From the NCBI RefSeq assembly GCF_006345805.1, contig NC_043001.1, positions 23,684,001 through 23,748,000 of the forward strand: a stretch of 64,000 nt of DNA, given 5' to 3'. Shown here piece by piece: positions 21,932-34,020 of the stretch. The notes beneath the pieces were generated by a model, which ran no database searches, was not told the DNA's origin, and saw only the letters and a program-made list of their open reading frames with translations. The first letter of the stretch is position 1. Each line of letters opens with the position of its first letter. The DNA is from Octopus sinensis. Taxonomy: Eukaryota. The translations under genes and the position numbers were made by a program.

Positions 21932-23160
21932 TCTCTATATATATAAAAGGCAGTTTGTCTGTCTGTGTGTCTGTCAGGTTCTACCCTCACCCTGACCACG
22001 GCTTTCAACTGATTCTGATGAAACTTGACACACACATAGCCCAATGTCATAATTCAAAACTAATGCAGCGAAAATTTTGAAAAGTTCCCCCAGTTCTGAA
22101 AAAAATCGATAAATTTGATATGGGGTCGAGAATCTAAGCTTATCATATGCAACACATTTTCTGTTGTAGTTTTCGCAACTTGCAATCGATTTTCACCAAA
22201 CTCATGGTGAAGCTTAATGTTACCCTAAAGGAACTTAATTCTGACGTTAGTTTTCCATGCAATACCTTACCATCAGAAAAAATCGATAAAATCATGCCAT
22301 TTTGGGAAATCGCGTTCAAATTCAAGATGACATATTTTCGACAATATCTTTAACAAATTGGCAGGAATGTTTTTTGAAATTCACAGCGAGCATCATGTCA
22401 GCTCCAAGGAGCTATATGACCCTTTTGATTCCAATAGGATACGTTATTACTGGAAAAAATCGGTTAATTACATCATATGTGGCACACATAGCAAACCGAT
22501 TTTTCTGCGATATTTTTTGAAAGTTCACATAGATTTTCCCTACACTGATGTTGGATATCAAATTTGCGTTAAATGTCAAACTAACGACCTTTTGTCAATG
22601 CAGTTAACAAGTATTGGGAGAAATCGACAAAACCATATCACTTTGAGACTGACCATGCGAACCCTACAAAACTGATTTTTGTTAAATAGTTGGCGGATTT
22701 CAGGCGATTTAGTCGATTTTTGCCGCTTTTATCTTAAAGGTTACTAGAAATGGCATATGTTTTCCTTTTGCTTCAAATCCGAGTAATGTTGGGCTGTAGA
22801 TGTGATTGCAGTTGTGTGCGCACATGCGCATGTGTCCTTGACACGATGATTGCTGCTCTTCCCATTGGCTCCCCAAACAGTGAACAATGCTCTCAATTAA
22901 ATACCCTTTGGCCAAACACATGCACTGACACACTCAGTTGTGTGCGTATAGTTTGTGAACAAAACCAGAAAATGTACTTTGACTGTCATAGATTTTCTTC
23001 ATGCATGCAAGGGAACGGTGCCTTGAATGCCTTAATGCCTTTTAGGCTTCATTTTACAAAATAACGGTTCAATGAGTACAAAAAAGGGTAAAAAGGTAAA
23101 GGGCATTGCTTGTCGACAAAGTTTCTTACATACCCGGGTAACGCCGGGCTATGCTGCTAG
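21932..23160 (+). mobile_element. Non-autonomous Helitron, about 1.2 kb
   Basis: A|TCTCTATATATATAAAA start; CCCGG-GTAACG-CCGGG hairpin followed by CTAG|T. Confidence 0.75.
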
Positions 23161-23364
23161 TAATTACATAAAATCACAACATGGGTACTGTAAGAAAGAC
23201 CCCCTTCAGTCATGAATGACCTTGGAATTGTACCTAGAAAGTTATCCTCTGAGGCACAAGTCCAAGCAATGTTGTTTATGGAAGACCAGCAGTTGCCCAT
23301 GCATACAAACCTTCCCTCCCCATGCCTCTGATGTTATCCAAGGGAAAGGCAAAGGCCATTATAG

Positions 23365-23682
23365 CTTGGCATCAAAATCTCTCATGGAAGTGCCATCCAA
23401 CTAAAGTACAAATATATAGGAAACTACCACCTGTATCATCTCTTGTGAAAGGTAGAAGAGTCCAGTTTGCTGGACATTGTTGTAGAGCTGAAAACGAGGT
23501 AATTTCTACTCTTCTCCTCTGGAAGACACCAGAGGGCACACACTCTCCTACCCTGATGTAATCTCCAGGGATACAGGCATCCAGCAATAGGACCTCCGTG
23601 ATGCTATGATGGACCGTGAGGTCTGGCGTGGCACGGTAAATTCCATTGTCTCGACCACGGTCGAACAATGATGATGATGATG
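23365..23682 (+). mobile_element. 3' fragment of a second RTE-like LINE family
   Basis: RRVQFAGHCCRAENEVISTLLLWK...DREVWR C-terminal motifs and (TGA)n tail. Confidence 0.6.
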
Positions 23683-24073
23683 GCATCAGTGATGTCGCAA
23701 CTCATTTCTACAGCTGGAGTGAACTGGAGCAATGTGAAACAAAATGTCTTGCTCAAGAGCACAACACACCACTTGGTCCAGAAATCGAACTTGCTACCTC
23801 ATGATTGTGAGCCCAACACTCTAAGAACCACTAAGCCATAGACCTTTATACCTTCAGATACTGTACAGGTAGTAAAATAAAGAAGCGATAAACCATTTTA
23901 GATACAGTAGAAGCTCTTTCTTTTAATGATAGTTAATTAATTTACACAAATTAGTACAAATTCTCTTGACTCTAATTAACAACATATTTTCTTTTATTTT
24001 TTTTCCTTGGTGCCAGTTACTTGAGAGTTCTGGTTATTTGAGTACCAGATAGGAAGAAGTTTACCGTGTTTAA

Positions 24074-24277
24074 GCCTTTCGATATGAACCTGGCTGAAAA
24101 CACCTCTGGCTCTGTAGTACAAATGTCTTGTTTTCATAAGTTTTGAATTAAAATCTTCCACAAACCTTAGTCACAATTTATGTTCCTAACGCTAGCTTAA
24201 TGATAATTAGGTTATTTTACTAAATTCTTATATTTAAAATTGATTGAAAGAAATACAGAAATATGGTAATGAAAGGG
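24074..24277. mobile_element. Possible piggyBac-type MITE
   Basis: TTAA at both flanks (24070-24073, 24278-24281) and AAAGGG|TTAA terminus; TIR match is weak. Confidence 0.35.
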
Positions 24278-25042
24278 TTAAATCAGAAATTTGCTGGCAT
24301 GTTGATTCATTAAAATATGTAATAATAAAACTCTTTCCAATTCACATTTTATGGATTTTTAGATCTCAGTTGCCTCTGTATTGTTGGATTTTTCATGGAC
24401 ATGGCATAAAAATATAACCAATGTCTCAAAGAAATGAGTGTTGTGGAGTTTAGTAACATCCCACAAAACACTAAAGTTTTCCCCAAAATCCAGGGTTTTT
24501 ATAACTGCTCAACTTGACTTTAAAGAATTGAAATCACATAAAAATATTCTTTAACTAATTTTTAGAATTCCTATATGAGCAATTATTTCAACTAATGGGA
24601 AAACAACAACCATATTTCTTCGGCAATATGACATTACGTCATATTGCCAGCTACCACAAATTGGCGGTACTATTTTAAAATGGCTACACGCTACACCTCT
24701 CTAATATTATTGCTTTCAAATTTTGGTACAAAGCCTGCAATTTCAGGGGAGAGGATAAGTTGAATACATCAACCCCAGTTCTCAACTGGTACTTGTTTTT
24801 TGAACTCGAAAGGATGAAAGGTAAAGTCAACCTTGGCTTCTCTAATAATATATTTTCTCTACAGTAACGATTGATAATAACTTGCTTTTACCTCCAGCTA
24901 CAAACTCTTATAGTTGATACTATTACTCATTCTACTCTCTCAGGCTTTATTTTAACAACCATAACACATTCTGTCACCCCTGCGCACCCTCATTAAATCA
25001 AAACTTACAGTTTCTTGTTTGTTAATCATTTTTTATCTTGAA

Positions 25043-25505
25043 GTAAAGATTATTTGCCAACATAACATGGCAGTCCTGGTTTAGGACGAATGTTACTGTA
25101 ATTTAGACCCAGGAGACATCATCTCCAGCTGGCTATACAACACGACGTGTCCTTATATTTTTGAACAAAGGAATATAGCACCCCCACTCAGCTCAAAACA
25201 ATATCTGTGTATCGCGATTTCCGGGTTATTTCTCTTCATCAGCACAGAATAATTGTTAGGCTAGAGGTGGTGCTGCCAGATTCCCATTCGAAATATATAG
25301 TTTTCAACTAATCACTGATCTATAAATTAGGACGAATGTTGCTGTAATTTAGCCCCAGGAAACATCATCTTCAGCTGGCTATATGACACGATCTGTGTCC
25401 TTATATTTTTGAACAAGGGAATCTAGCACCCCCACTCAGCTCAAAACAATATCTGTATATCGCGATTTCTGGGACTGCCATGTTATGTTGGTAAATGATC
25501 TTTAC
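25043..25505 (-). mobile_element. Inverted-repeat-bounded element with 246-bp-period internal direct repeat and hammerhead motif (25205-25247)
   Basis: 34-bp IR (25043-25076 / 25472-25505, 2 mismatches); about 140-bp direct repeat at 25081 and 25327. Confidence 0.7.
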
Positions 25506-25617
25506 TCTAAAGTACTGTTGCTGAATATCTCTCATTGTGAGATTTACAAATAGTAATTTTCTAATTTTTTATCTTATTGTAATGGCGAAGAATTTCCTTC
25601 ATCTCTTTTCATTCTAG

Positions 25618-25728
25618 TCTGTCTCTGTTGGTGATGTGCGTCGTGAAGCTACTTTCTGCCAAAAGACAGGCATACCTATACTTGGATTGATTGAAAATAT
25701 GAGTGGTTTTGTTTGTCCATCATGCAAG
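25618..25728 (+). CDS. NUBP2: NUBP2 exon 6 (ENMS, CPXC bridging-cluster motif)
   Basis: ctag|TCT GTC ... TGC AAG|gtataa; [37 protein letters not shown]. Confidence 0.97.
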
Positions 25729-25980
25729 GTATAATTGTTTTAATATTATCAGAATTTTGAAACTTCTCTTGTCATCATGTGATAGTTGTAAATGATAGTC
25801 ATTGTCATACAAGCAGTGTCATTTATTTCCAAGCTTCTGCAAAAACATGTCTGGGCATGAGGGAATATTACCTTGCTTGCAATTTCAGGGGAGAGAATAA
25901 GTTGAGGGTTTCCAGCCATAGAAAATCTGCCTCAACAAATTCCTTCTGACCCATGCAAGCATGGAAAATTTATTGTTGTT

Positions 25981-26292
25981 GGCACCTGTGCTGGTGGCAC
26001 GTAAAAAGCACCATCCGTACGTGGTCGATGCCAGCACCACCTTGACTGGCTTCTGTGCCAGTGGCACGTAATAAGCACCAACCGATCGTGGCCGTTGCCA
26101 GCCTCCCCTGGCACATAAAAGGCACCCACTACACTCACGGAGTGGTTGGCGTTAGGAAGGGCATCAAGCTGTAGAAACACTGCCAGATCAGACTGGAGTC
26201 TGGTGCAGCCTTCTGGCTTCCCAGACCCTGGTCAAACCGTCCAACCCATGCTAGCATGGAAAATGGACGTTAAACGATGATGATGATGATGA
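25981..26292 (+). mobile_element. RTE LINE 3' UTR copy
   Basis: Iterated GGTGGCACGTAAAAAGCACC units and (GAT)n tail. Confidence 0.85.
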
Positions 26293-26629
26293 TTATTGAG
26301 TAAGAGAGCAGTGCATGCCATCAAAGTGAAACTAGGGTAAAATATATGAAGCCCAATATGCCCATCATAACTACCTGTCTGATAAGAGTACACCAGGTCC
26401 ATGCATCACAACCATATTTGCATGACACGGTGGTCTCATATCAAAATAAACTGTGCATGACCTTGCAGGTGGGAACCAGTTAGAATTTTCTTCAGGTCAA
26501 GTAGCCCGTTCCGGTCAAAAGGTCCCTGAATAAGGGTTGTTTAAGGATGTTGAACAAACACCCATGTCTCCAGAGCTGATTGCCATGACCTGGTACTGCA
26601 TCAGGGCATACAACATACAGCTGCAGGGC

Positions 26630-26630
<1 letters not shown>
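26293..26630. mobile_element. Interspersed repeat family D (internally deleted), abutting (ATT)n
   Basis: Homologous to 48575-49130. Confidence 0.7.
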
Positions 26631-26665
<35 letters not shown>

Positions 26666-26823
26666 TATTATTATTATTATTATTGTTGTTGTTGTTGTTG
26701 TACTTTTACGCTATTTCTGGTTTCTGAATATTTTCTGCAAAATTGGTTTGAAAATTGATATTAGGTAATGTTAATGTGTGAAGTTTGTTTTCTTCATTAT
26801 TATTATTATTATTATTATTTGCA

Positions 26824-27360
26824 CAGGTTTCTGATGCCAGCGCTGCCTTGGCTGGCTTCCGTGCCGGTGGCACGTAAAAAGCACCAACTGATCGTGGCCG
26901 ATGCCAGACTCCCCTGGCACCTGTGCAGGTGGCACGTAAAAAGCACCCACTACACTCGTGGAGTGGTTGGCATTAGGAAGAGCATCCAGCTGTAGAAACA
27001 CTGCCAGATCAGACTGGAGCCTGGAGCAGCCCCTGGCTTCCCAGACCCCGGTCGAACCGTACAGACCGTGCTAGCGCGGAAAACGAACGTTAAACGATGA
27101 TGATGATGATGATTATTATTATTGTACTTTTACATTATTTCTGGTTTCTAAATATTTTCTGCATCATCATCATCACCCATTTTCCATGCTGGCATGGGTT
27201 GGACGGTTTGACTGAGGACTGGCAAGCCAGTAGGCTGCACCAGGCTCTGATCTGATCTGGCAAGGTTTTTACAGCTGGATGCCCTTCTTAATGCCAACCA
27301 CTCCGAGAGTGTAGTGGGTGCTTTTTATGTACCACCAGCACGGGAGCCAGTCAGGCAGCA
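26824..27360. mobile_element. Two RTE 3' tails in inverted, tail-to-tail orientation (+ 26824-27112; - 27165-27360)
   Basis: The same consensus is read on opposite strands about 50 bp apart. Confidence 0.8.
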
Positions 27361-27476
27361 TATGGTTTGAAAATTGATATTAGGTGAAGTTAAGGTATGA
27401 AGCTCTAGCTATGTGGCCCAGAGACTGTAATTCAGTTTATTTTCTTCATTATTTATGAAATTCATTTTAATTACAG

Positions 27477-27546
27477 GAGTGTTCTAACCTATTTTCAAAA
27501 GGAGGTGGAGAATCCCTGGCAAAAGAACTCAGCATTCCATTTTGGG
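27477..27546 (+). CDS. NUBP2: NUBP2 exon 7
   Basis: acag|GAG TGT ... TGG G|gtgagt; ECSNLFSKGGGESLAKELSIPFW. Confidence 0.95.
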
Positions 27547-27605
27547 GTGAGTAAACTACTACTACTACTACTGCTGCTGCTGCTACTACTGTCAATATAT
27601 ATATA

Positions 27606-27964
27606 TGTGATATAATTATAAACAGGGCAAATTTTAGCCATTTCTCCTTAGACTGAAAATAATGACGAACAACCTTTACTGATTTTCAAACCTTATTGGA
27701 TTCTCATCAGAGGTGTCCACATCATTCTAACAGTCTCCAGAGACACAAGAAGCCAAACTGTTTATATACTCAACAAATGCAGCAGTTACGCTATGAAGGG
27801 GTCCCTAATTTGCATACCAAAAATGTTTAACACTCTATAAATACCAGTGGCCTGTCAACAGGGATCTTAGTCCACACAGTATCAAGGTATGATATAATAA
27901 AAATGTAACATATGGTATAATTATAAACAGGGCAAACTTTAGTCATTTCTCTGCAGGCTGAAAA
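27606..27964 (-). mobile_element. Terminally redundant ~305-bp unit with hammerhead motif (retrozyme/PLE-like)
   Basis: About 55-bp direct repeat at 27606 and 27911; - strand reads ACCT CTGATGA GAATCC-AATAA-GGTTT GAA AATCAGTA A AGGT. Confidence 0.65.
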
Positions 27965-28144
27965 GGTTTCGAATTTTGGTACAAGGCTGGCAATTTTAGT
28001 AGAGGACGAAAGTCAATTATATCAACCCTGGTACTCAACTGATACTTATTTTATTAACCCTGAAAGGATGAAAGTCAAGGTCAATGTTGGCAGAATTTGA
28101 ACACAGAGCATAATAACGGATGAAATGCTGTGAAGCATTTTAAA

Positions 28145-28435
28145 AAATAATAATGAAATTATTTTATACAGTGCTCAGGTGCACCACAACTTGTCAAAAG
28201 TGCGTATAAAGCATATGCAGTAATGTACAAATGTCTGGAAAGCGAGCAGTGTATGAGTCAGATACATGCTTGCATGTGTATGGAGGGGAAAAATCAGGTG
28301 TATTGTTGGCGAATCTCGGGAAGCATGGAAGTTTTGAAGGATGCAGTGCTCCGACAACTAACAACTGATGCTGGCAGTTTGTTCCATGCTTCTGTCTAGC
28401 ATGCTAATGATTCTGCCAACTTGTCACCTTTGGAC

Positions 28436-28477
<42 letters not shown>

Positions 28478-28725
28478 TGTGTACAGTGCTCAGGTGCACT
28501 ACAACTCATCTAAAGTGTATATATAATCAGGTGTAGTTTCGGCGGATTTCGGAAAGCATGAGGGCCTTAAAGGATGCAGTGTCATGGCAGTCAACAACTG
28601 ACGCAGGCAGTTTATTCCATGCTTCAGCAACTCTGAGCGTGAAAAAAATGTTTCCGAAAGTCATGGGAGCTGTGTTGTTTTCTGACTTTGTAGGCATGTC
28701 CATGTGTGTTAGACACATGGAGACA
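28145..28725 (-). mobile_element. Two CR1-group LINE 3' fragments with (TTA)n tails
   Basis: FFTLRVAEAWNKLPASVVDCHDTASFK motif (28527-28733 ORF); related copy at about 28145-28400. Confidence 0.7.
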
Positions 28726-28855
28726 CAATGCATATATTGATGACTAAAACACTTGAGGAAATCAGAGATTGAACCAATTGAAATGCAATATAAATATTCA
28801 CTCCAAAAGATGTATATTCATTTATAGTATGTTTATGTAATTGTGCTTTTTTCAG

Positions 28856-28983
28856 GATGTATCCCCATTGATCAGCATGTCACTTCATATACAGAAAGTA
28901 TTCCTGAGACCACAGACTCGCCTTTGTTTGACGCTCTTTCTTCTATTGTTGAAAAAGTAATTGAAGTTGAGAATACATCTTGA
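28856..28983 (+). CDS. NUBP2: NUBP2 exon 8 (last coding exon, stop TGA)
   Basis: tcag|GA TGT ATC CCC ATT GAT ... ACA TCT TGA; GCIPIDQHVTSYTESIPETTDSPLFDALSSIVEKVIEVENTS*. Summed CDS is 804 nt (267 aa) and all exon phases are compatible. Confidence 0.9.
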
Positions 28984-29042
28984 ATATTCTTCATTTGAGC
29001 CTCTCTTGAATCAGACATTTGTTAATAAGACTGTTAATTGTT

Positions 29043-29048
29043 AATAAA
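29043..29048 (+). terminator. Candidate polyadenylation signal for NUBP2
   Basis: AATAAA about 60 nt after the stop codon, followed by T-rich sequence. Confidence 0.5.
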
Positions 29049-30182
29049 GATATTTTCTAACGATTGCTACAAATACAAAACGATGGTAACTATTCTTTGA
29101 TACAAAATAAAATTTTTTAATATTTTGGTTATTTATACGATTTCAATTGATTCCTGTCTTTAGGCAGTTTGTGGTGCACTATTTTCATTTATTTGTCAAT
29201 TTATTAATCTACTAAGCAGTATCGCCTGGCCTTGCTCGGGTTTGTTTCGACCATCCTAGAACAAGAATAGTCTCTTCTAATTGGCTTCCACACAGTTTCT
29301 GTCTACCAATTTCATTTTACAAAGTTCTGATTGACCAGAGATTATGATAGAAGACACTTACTCAAGGAGAATGTAATTTGTTTCAAATCTTGACATAAGG
29401 TTAGTAATTTTGAGGGGAGGGGCCCCAGTAAATTACATTGACTCTAGCATTTGTCTGGTACTTTATTTTATTGACCTTAAAAAGATGAAAAGGGTGAATG
29501 TAATAATAAGCCTTTTTACTGTAGGCACAGAAATTTTATGGGTGGCAGTTAGTCAATTGGAATTTTTGAAAAGTAAAAATTTTGCATTATGTAGCTTGTT
29601 ATTCTCTTTAAGTGAACATTTTTCTAGTTGAAATACACCGAAAAATGGTGACACAGCAGTCAAAAAAATCGTAAAAAATAGAGATTTTCATAGAAAAAAA
29701 GCACCTTTTTGATGTAAATAATTTTTGGTGTTAACATGGTCCGATTTGAAATTTTTCTTCTACGGAAGGAAGAGCAAGCCTTCTTCTATCATACTCTCAA
29801 TTTTGGTCAACTTGCGCCGCAGTATCTCTGTGGAGATAGTGTTAGTTGAAGGCTACTAAACCTGCCATACACAGGCAATTTTAGCTTTATATATAAAGTT
29901 TAAGACGTTAACATGAACATGCAGTTGTCTCCCTTAGAGTATGTCGCCTCCAGATTTGGAAATACGCTGGAAACTTGAAATTGCTAAAATTAACAATAGA
30001 TCTTCATAACACGGACTTTCAGATTTCATCAAAATCTCATTCAACCCTGTATGTCAAGTTTCATTTTATAAATTTTACATTTTAAAGTTAAATAATTACG
30101 GAGAACATAATATTTTCAGTTTTTGATTATGAATGAAATGTCATATTAATTCAGTTAATATATTTTTGTTCAATGGCAAATA

Positions 30183-30748
30183 TTGGGTTGTCCTGAAAGT
30201 TCGTGCCGATTTTTAAAGGAAAGAAAAAGGTCAATAAATACTTGCCATTACATTTTTAATCAACCAAATAGGAACCATTTTGTTGCACAATGCGTCTCCA
30301 TCTTTCCTTTAACTTGAAAATACCCTCTTCCCAGAATTGGGGTGGTTTCATGGCAAAGAATTCATCAAGGTATCTTTTTACGTCATCCAAGGAATTGAAA
30401 TTTTTACCATTAAGACTATTCTGCAGAGACCTGAATAAGTGGAAATCCAAGGGAGAAATATCTGGTGAATATGGAGGGTAGGGTATCACATCCTAGCCGA
30501 GCAGCAGCAATTTTTGTCTGGTTCCCAAAGCATCAAGTGCCGAAAATGAACTTTCTTATCTTCCATTTTAAAGGGTTACAGAATTAACACAGGTTATAAG
30601 AACATAAACCTTCTTCCACGAAAAGATAGCTTAAACTGTTCTCCAAATGGAGGTGTAGTAAAATCCTATTTTATTGACTCAACCATGTTCTAAAAGAAGT
30701 CGAAAGGTAAGCTACTATAAATCAGCACGAACTTTCCGGACAACCTAA
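30183..30748 (-). mobile_element. Internally deleted mariner transposon
   Basis: TA-flanked ~30-bp TIRs (TTGGGTTGTCCTGAAAGTTCGTGCCGATTT and its near-reverse-complement); transposase C-terminus PPYSPDISPLDFHLF...WEEGIFKLKERW. Confidence 0.9.
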
Positions 30749-30859
30749 TATAAGGTTTAGTAAACATCATCTAGGTATTACTCATTGTATTAATGCTATC
30801 CTTTGTATAGAGATATTGTTCCCAACCCCGACTAGCATTTCATCAATTACAATGATGAG

Positions 30860-31157
30860 TGTTCCAATTGATCTGATCAGTGAAACAACCAGTTCAGGAA
30901 AGTAACATGCAGGTGACTGAGAACACCACAAACATGTGTACCCTTAATGTAGTTCTCAGGGAGATTCTGCATGACACAGAATGCGACAAGGCTGGCCCTT
31001 AGAATTACAATTTCAACTCACTTTTACCAGTTGAGTGGACTGGAGCAACAAGAAATAAAGTGTCTTGCTCAAGGACACAATGGAGCACCAGGATTTGAAC
31101 TCACAACCTTACAATTCTGAGCTGAATACTCTAACACAAAGCCATGTGCCTTCACAG
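30860..31157 (-). mobile_element. tRNA-derived CORE-like SINE (third family)
   Basis: - strand has a tRNA-like head, GAGTTCAAATCC and GTGTCCTTGAGCAAGACAC; related fragments near 19600 and 23700. Confidence 0.6.
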
Positions 31158-31499
31158 TCATGAGGCTGCATTACAGCAAAGAAGAAAAGAAGAAAACCTG
31201 TTCCTTCTCTCATATGTTTTACTCCTCGTCCCCTAATGTAAAGCTGCCCCCTTTAGGTTTGTAGTCTTGCGAGCTGCATGGTGACATCACTAGTGCTGGT
31301 GGCACAAAAAGAAAGCAAAAAGCCCTATACAAGCTAGAGAATGCTTGACATAAGGAAGGGTGTCTGATCATAGAAACCATATCAAAGCAGATACTGGGGC
31401 CTGATGCAGTCAGATCCTGTGAAACTATCCAACATATCTGTGAACATGGATGTTAGGTGATAATGATGAGGATGATAGCATAGATGCATATTATTCACA

Positions 31500-31728
31500 T
31501 CAAGCTGGCAGACATGTGAGTGCGCCAGGCGAAATGCTTAGCAGTATTTCGTCTGCCGTTACGTTCTGAATTCAAATTCCACCGAGGTCGACTTTGCCTT
31601 TCATCTTTTTGGGGTTGATAAATAAAGTACCAGTTTCGCACTGGGGTCGATATAATCGACTTAATCCCTTTGTCTGTCCTTGTTTGTCCCCTCTATGTTT
31701 AGCCCCTTGTGGGCAATAGAGAAATAAA
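31500..31728 (+). mobile_element. SINE family A
   Basis: Family A consensus. Confidence 0.8.
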
Positions 31729-31874
31729 TATTTTTATCGTTAAAATTTTGTTACCATTTAGTCAGAAGAGGATGGGTAGGGTTCAAGATCCTTTTCAGAA
31801 CCTCTAAAAAGGATTGGAGAAGAGAAAGAAATTTTCTTCAGACTAATGTTTGATCTGAATGCTTATATCAAAAT

Positions 31875-32032
31875 GAACGTGGCTGTGTGGTAAGTAACTT
31901 GCTTACCAACCACATGGTTTCAGGTTCAGTCCCACTGTGTGGGACCTTGGGCAAGTGTCTTCTACTATAGCGCCGGGTTGACCAAAGCCTTGTGAGTGGA
32001 TTTGGTAGACGGAAACTGAAAGAAGCCAGTCG

Positions 32033-32125
<93 letters not shown>

Positions 32126-32126
32126 A

Positions 32127-32175
<49 letters not shown>

Positions 32176-32432
32176 TATATATATGCGTGTATATATATGT
32201 GTGTGTGTGTGCATGCATATGTTTGTGTGTCTGTGTTTGTCCCCGAAACATCGCTTAACAACCGATGCTGGAGTGTTTACGTCCCCCGTAACTTAGCGGT
32301 TCGGCAAAAGAGACCGATAGAATAAGTTCTAGGCTTACAAAGAATAAGTCCTGGGGTCAATTTGCTTGACTAAAGGTGGTGCTCCAGCATGGCTACAGTC
32401 AAATGACTGAAACAACTAAAAGAGTAAAAGAA
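31875..32432 (+). mobile_element. SINE family B with expanded internal (TA)n
   Basis: Head and tail intact, about 150 nt of TA-rich repeat at 32033-32185. Confidence 0.85.
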
Positions 32433-32710
32433 AGAGAGAGACAAATGATAGTATTAAACCAGGTGATGAATTAATTGTACCATCCTAGAACAAGAATAGT
32501 CTCTTCTAATTGGTTTCCACACAGTTTCCATCTACCAATTTCATTTTATAAAGTTCTGATTGACCAGAGATTATGATAGAAGACACTAACTCAAGGAGAA
32601 TGTAATTTGTTTCAAATCTTGACATAAGGTTAGCAATTTTGAGGGGAGGGGCCCCAGTAAATTACATTGACTCTAGTACTTGTCTGGTATTTTATTTATT
32701 GACCCTAAAA

Positions 32711-33152
32711 TGACTTAGGACTGGTGAACCAGATGGCTGCACCAGGCTCCAATCTTGATCTGGTAGAGTTTCTACAGCTGGATGCCCATCCTAACGCCAA
32801 CCACTCTGAGAGTTTAGTGGGTGCTTTTACGTGCCACTGGCATGAGGGCCAGTTAGGTGGTACTGGCGGCGAGCTGGCAGAAACGTTAGCATGTCGGGCA
32901 AAATGCTCAGCAGTATTTCGGCTGCCGTTACGTTGTGAGTTCAAATTCCGCCGAGGTCGACTTTACCTTTCATCCTTTCGGGGTCGATAAATTAAGTACC
33001 AGTTACGCACTGGGGTCGATGTAATCGACTTAATACCTATGTCTGTCCTTGTTTGTCCCCTCTGTGTTTAGCCCCTTGTGGGTAATAAAGAAATAGGTAC
33101 TGGCAACGGCCACACTCAAATGGTGTTTTTTACATGCCACCTGCACAGGAGC
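32711..33152. mobile_element. RTE tail (-) with a nested SINE A (+, about 32866-33095), interrupting a duplicated segment
   Basis: Flanks match contiguous 29251-29551. Confidence 0.75.
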
Positions 33153-33829
33153 TGAAAAGGGTGAATGTAATAATAAGCCTTTTTACTGTGGGCACAGAAA
33201 TTTTATGGGTGGCAGTTATTGATCCCAGTGTTCAACTGGTACTTATTTTATTAACCCTGGAAGGATGAAAAGCAAATTTGACCTCGATGGAATTTGAACC
33301 CAGAACATAAAGATGGATGAAAATGCTGCTGATCATTTTCTCTGACATGCTAATGATTCTACCAGCTTGCAATAATGAATGTAATAATCCTTTCTGTTAT
33401 AAACACAAGGCCTGAAATTTGGGGGAGGGGGATAGTTGATTACATTGACCCCAGTACTCAACTGGTACTTATTTTATCAATCCTGAAAGGATGAAAGGCA
33501 AAGTCAACCCCGGCTGCATTTGAACTCCAAATGGGAAGACAGATGAAATACCACTGAATATTTCACCTGACGTGCTAACGATTCTGCCTGCTTGCCATCT
33601 AATAAATGTAATAATAATAACAAGCTTATTGTATACAGTGCACACAGACATGACTGTTTGATAAGCTTGTTTCTCAACCACATTGCTTTTGATTCAGTCC
33701 CACCATGTGACAGTTTGGGCCAGTGTCTTGTACTATAAACCTGGGCTGACCAAAGCCATATGAGTGGGTTTAGTTGACAGAAGCTGTAAGAAGTCCATTG
33801 TATATGTGTATAGGTATGTATGTATATCT

Positions 33830-34020
33830 ATTATGTAAAATCCGTTCTGTCTGTGTGTGTGTGTGTGTGTCTTCTAGGATCTCAGGCATCCTCCATCCGA
33901 TTGCGCTCAAACTTGATATATAGATACCGACGATATCAGGGCATGTATGAGTCTTGAAAAAATTACAAAAATCAATTCCAGGCGAGAATGCGATCGATAA
34001 AGCCATGGGAACGTGCATCA
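33830..34020 (+). mobile_element. Helitron-like 5' fragment (second copy on - at about 57247-57432)
   Basis: Near-identical ~190-bp sequence at both loci; TAAAATCCGTTCTGTCTGTGTG start typical of these non-autonomous elements. Confidence 0.5.

Noticed and set aside
2616-28983. Assignment as NUBP1/Nbp35 or NUBPL/Ind1
   Set aside because: No N-terminal four-Cys ferredoxin-like extension and no mitochondrial presequence; motifs and exon sizes fit NUBP2/Cfd1
31868-32296. YI/IY-, HT- and poly-I/M/H ORFs here and at about 41.0, 47.3, 59.0 and 63.0-63.7 kb
   Set aside because: Open frames of (TA)n, (CA)n and trinucleotide microsatellites
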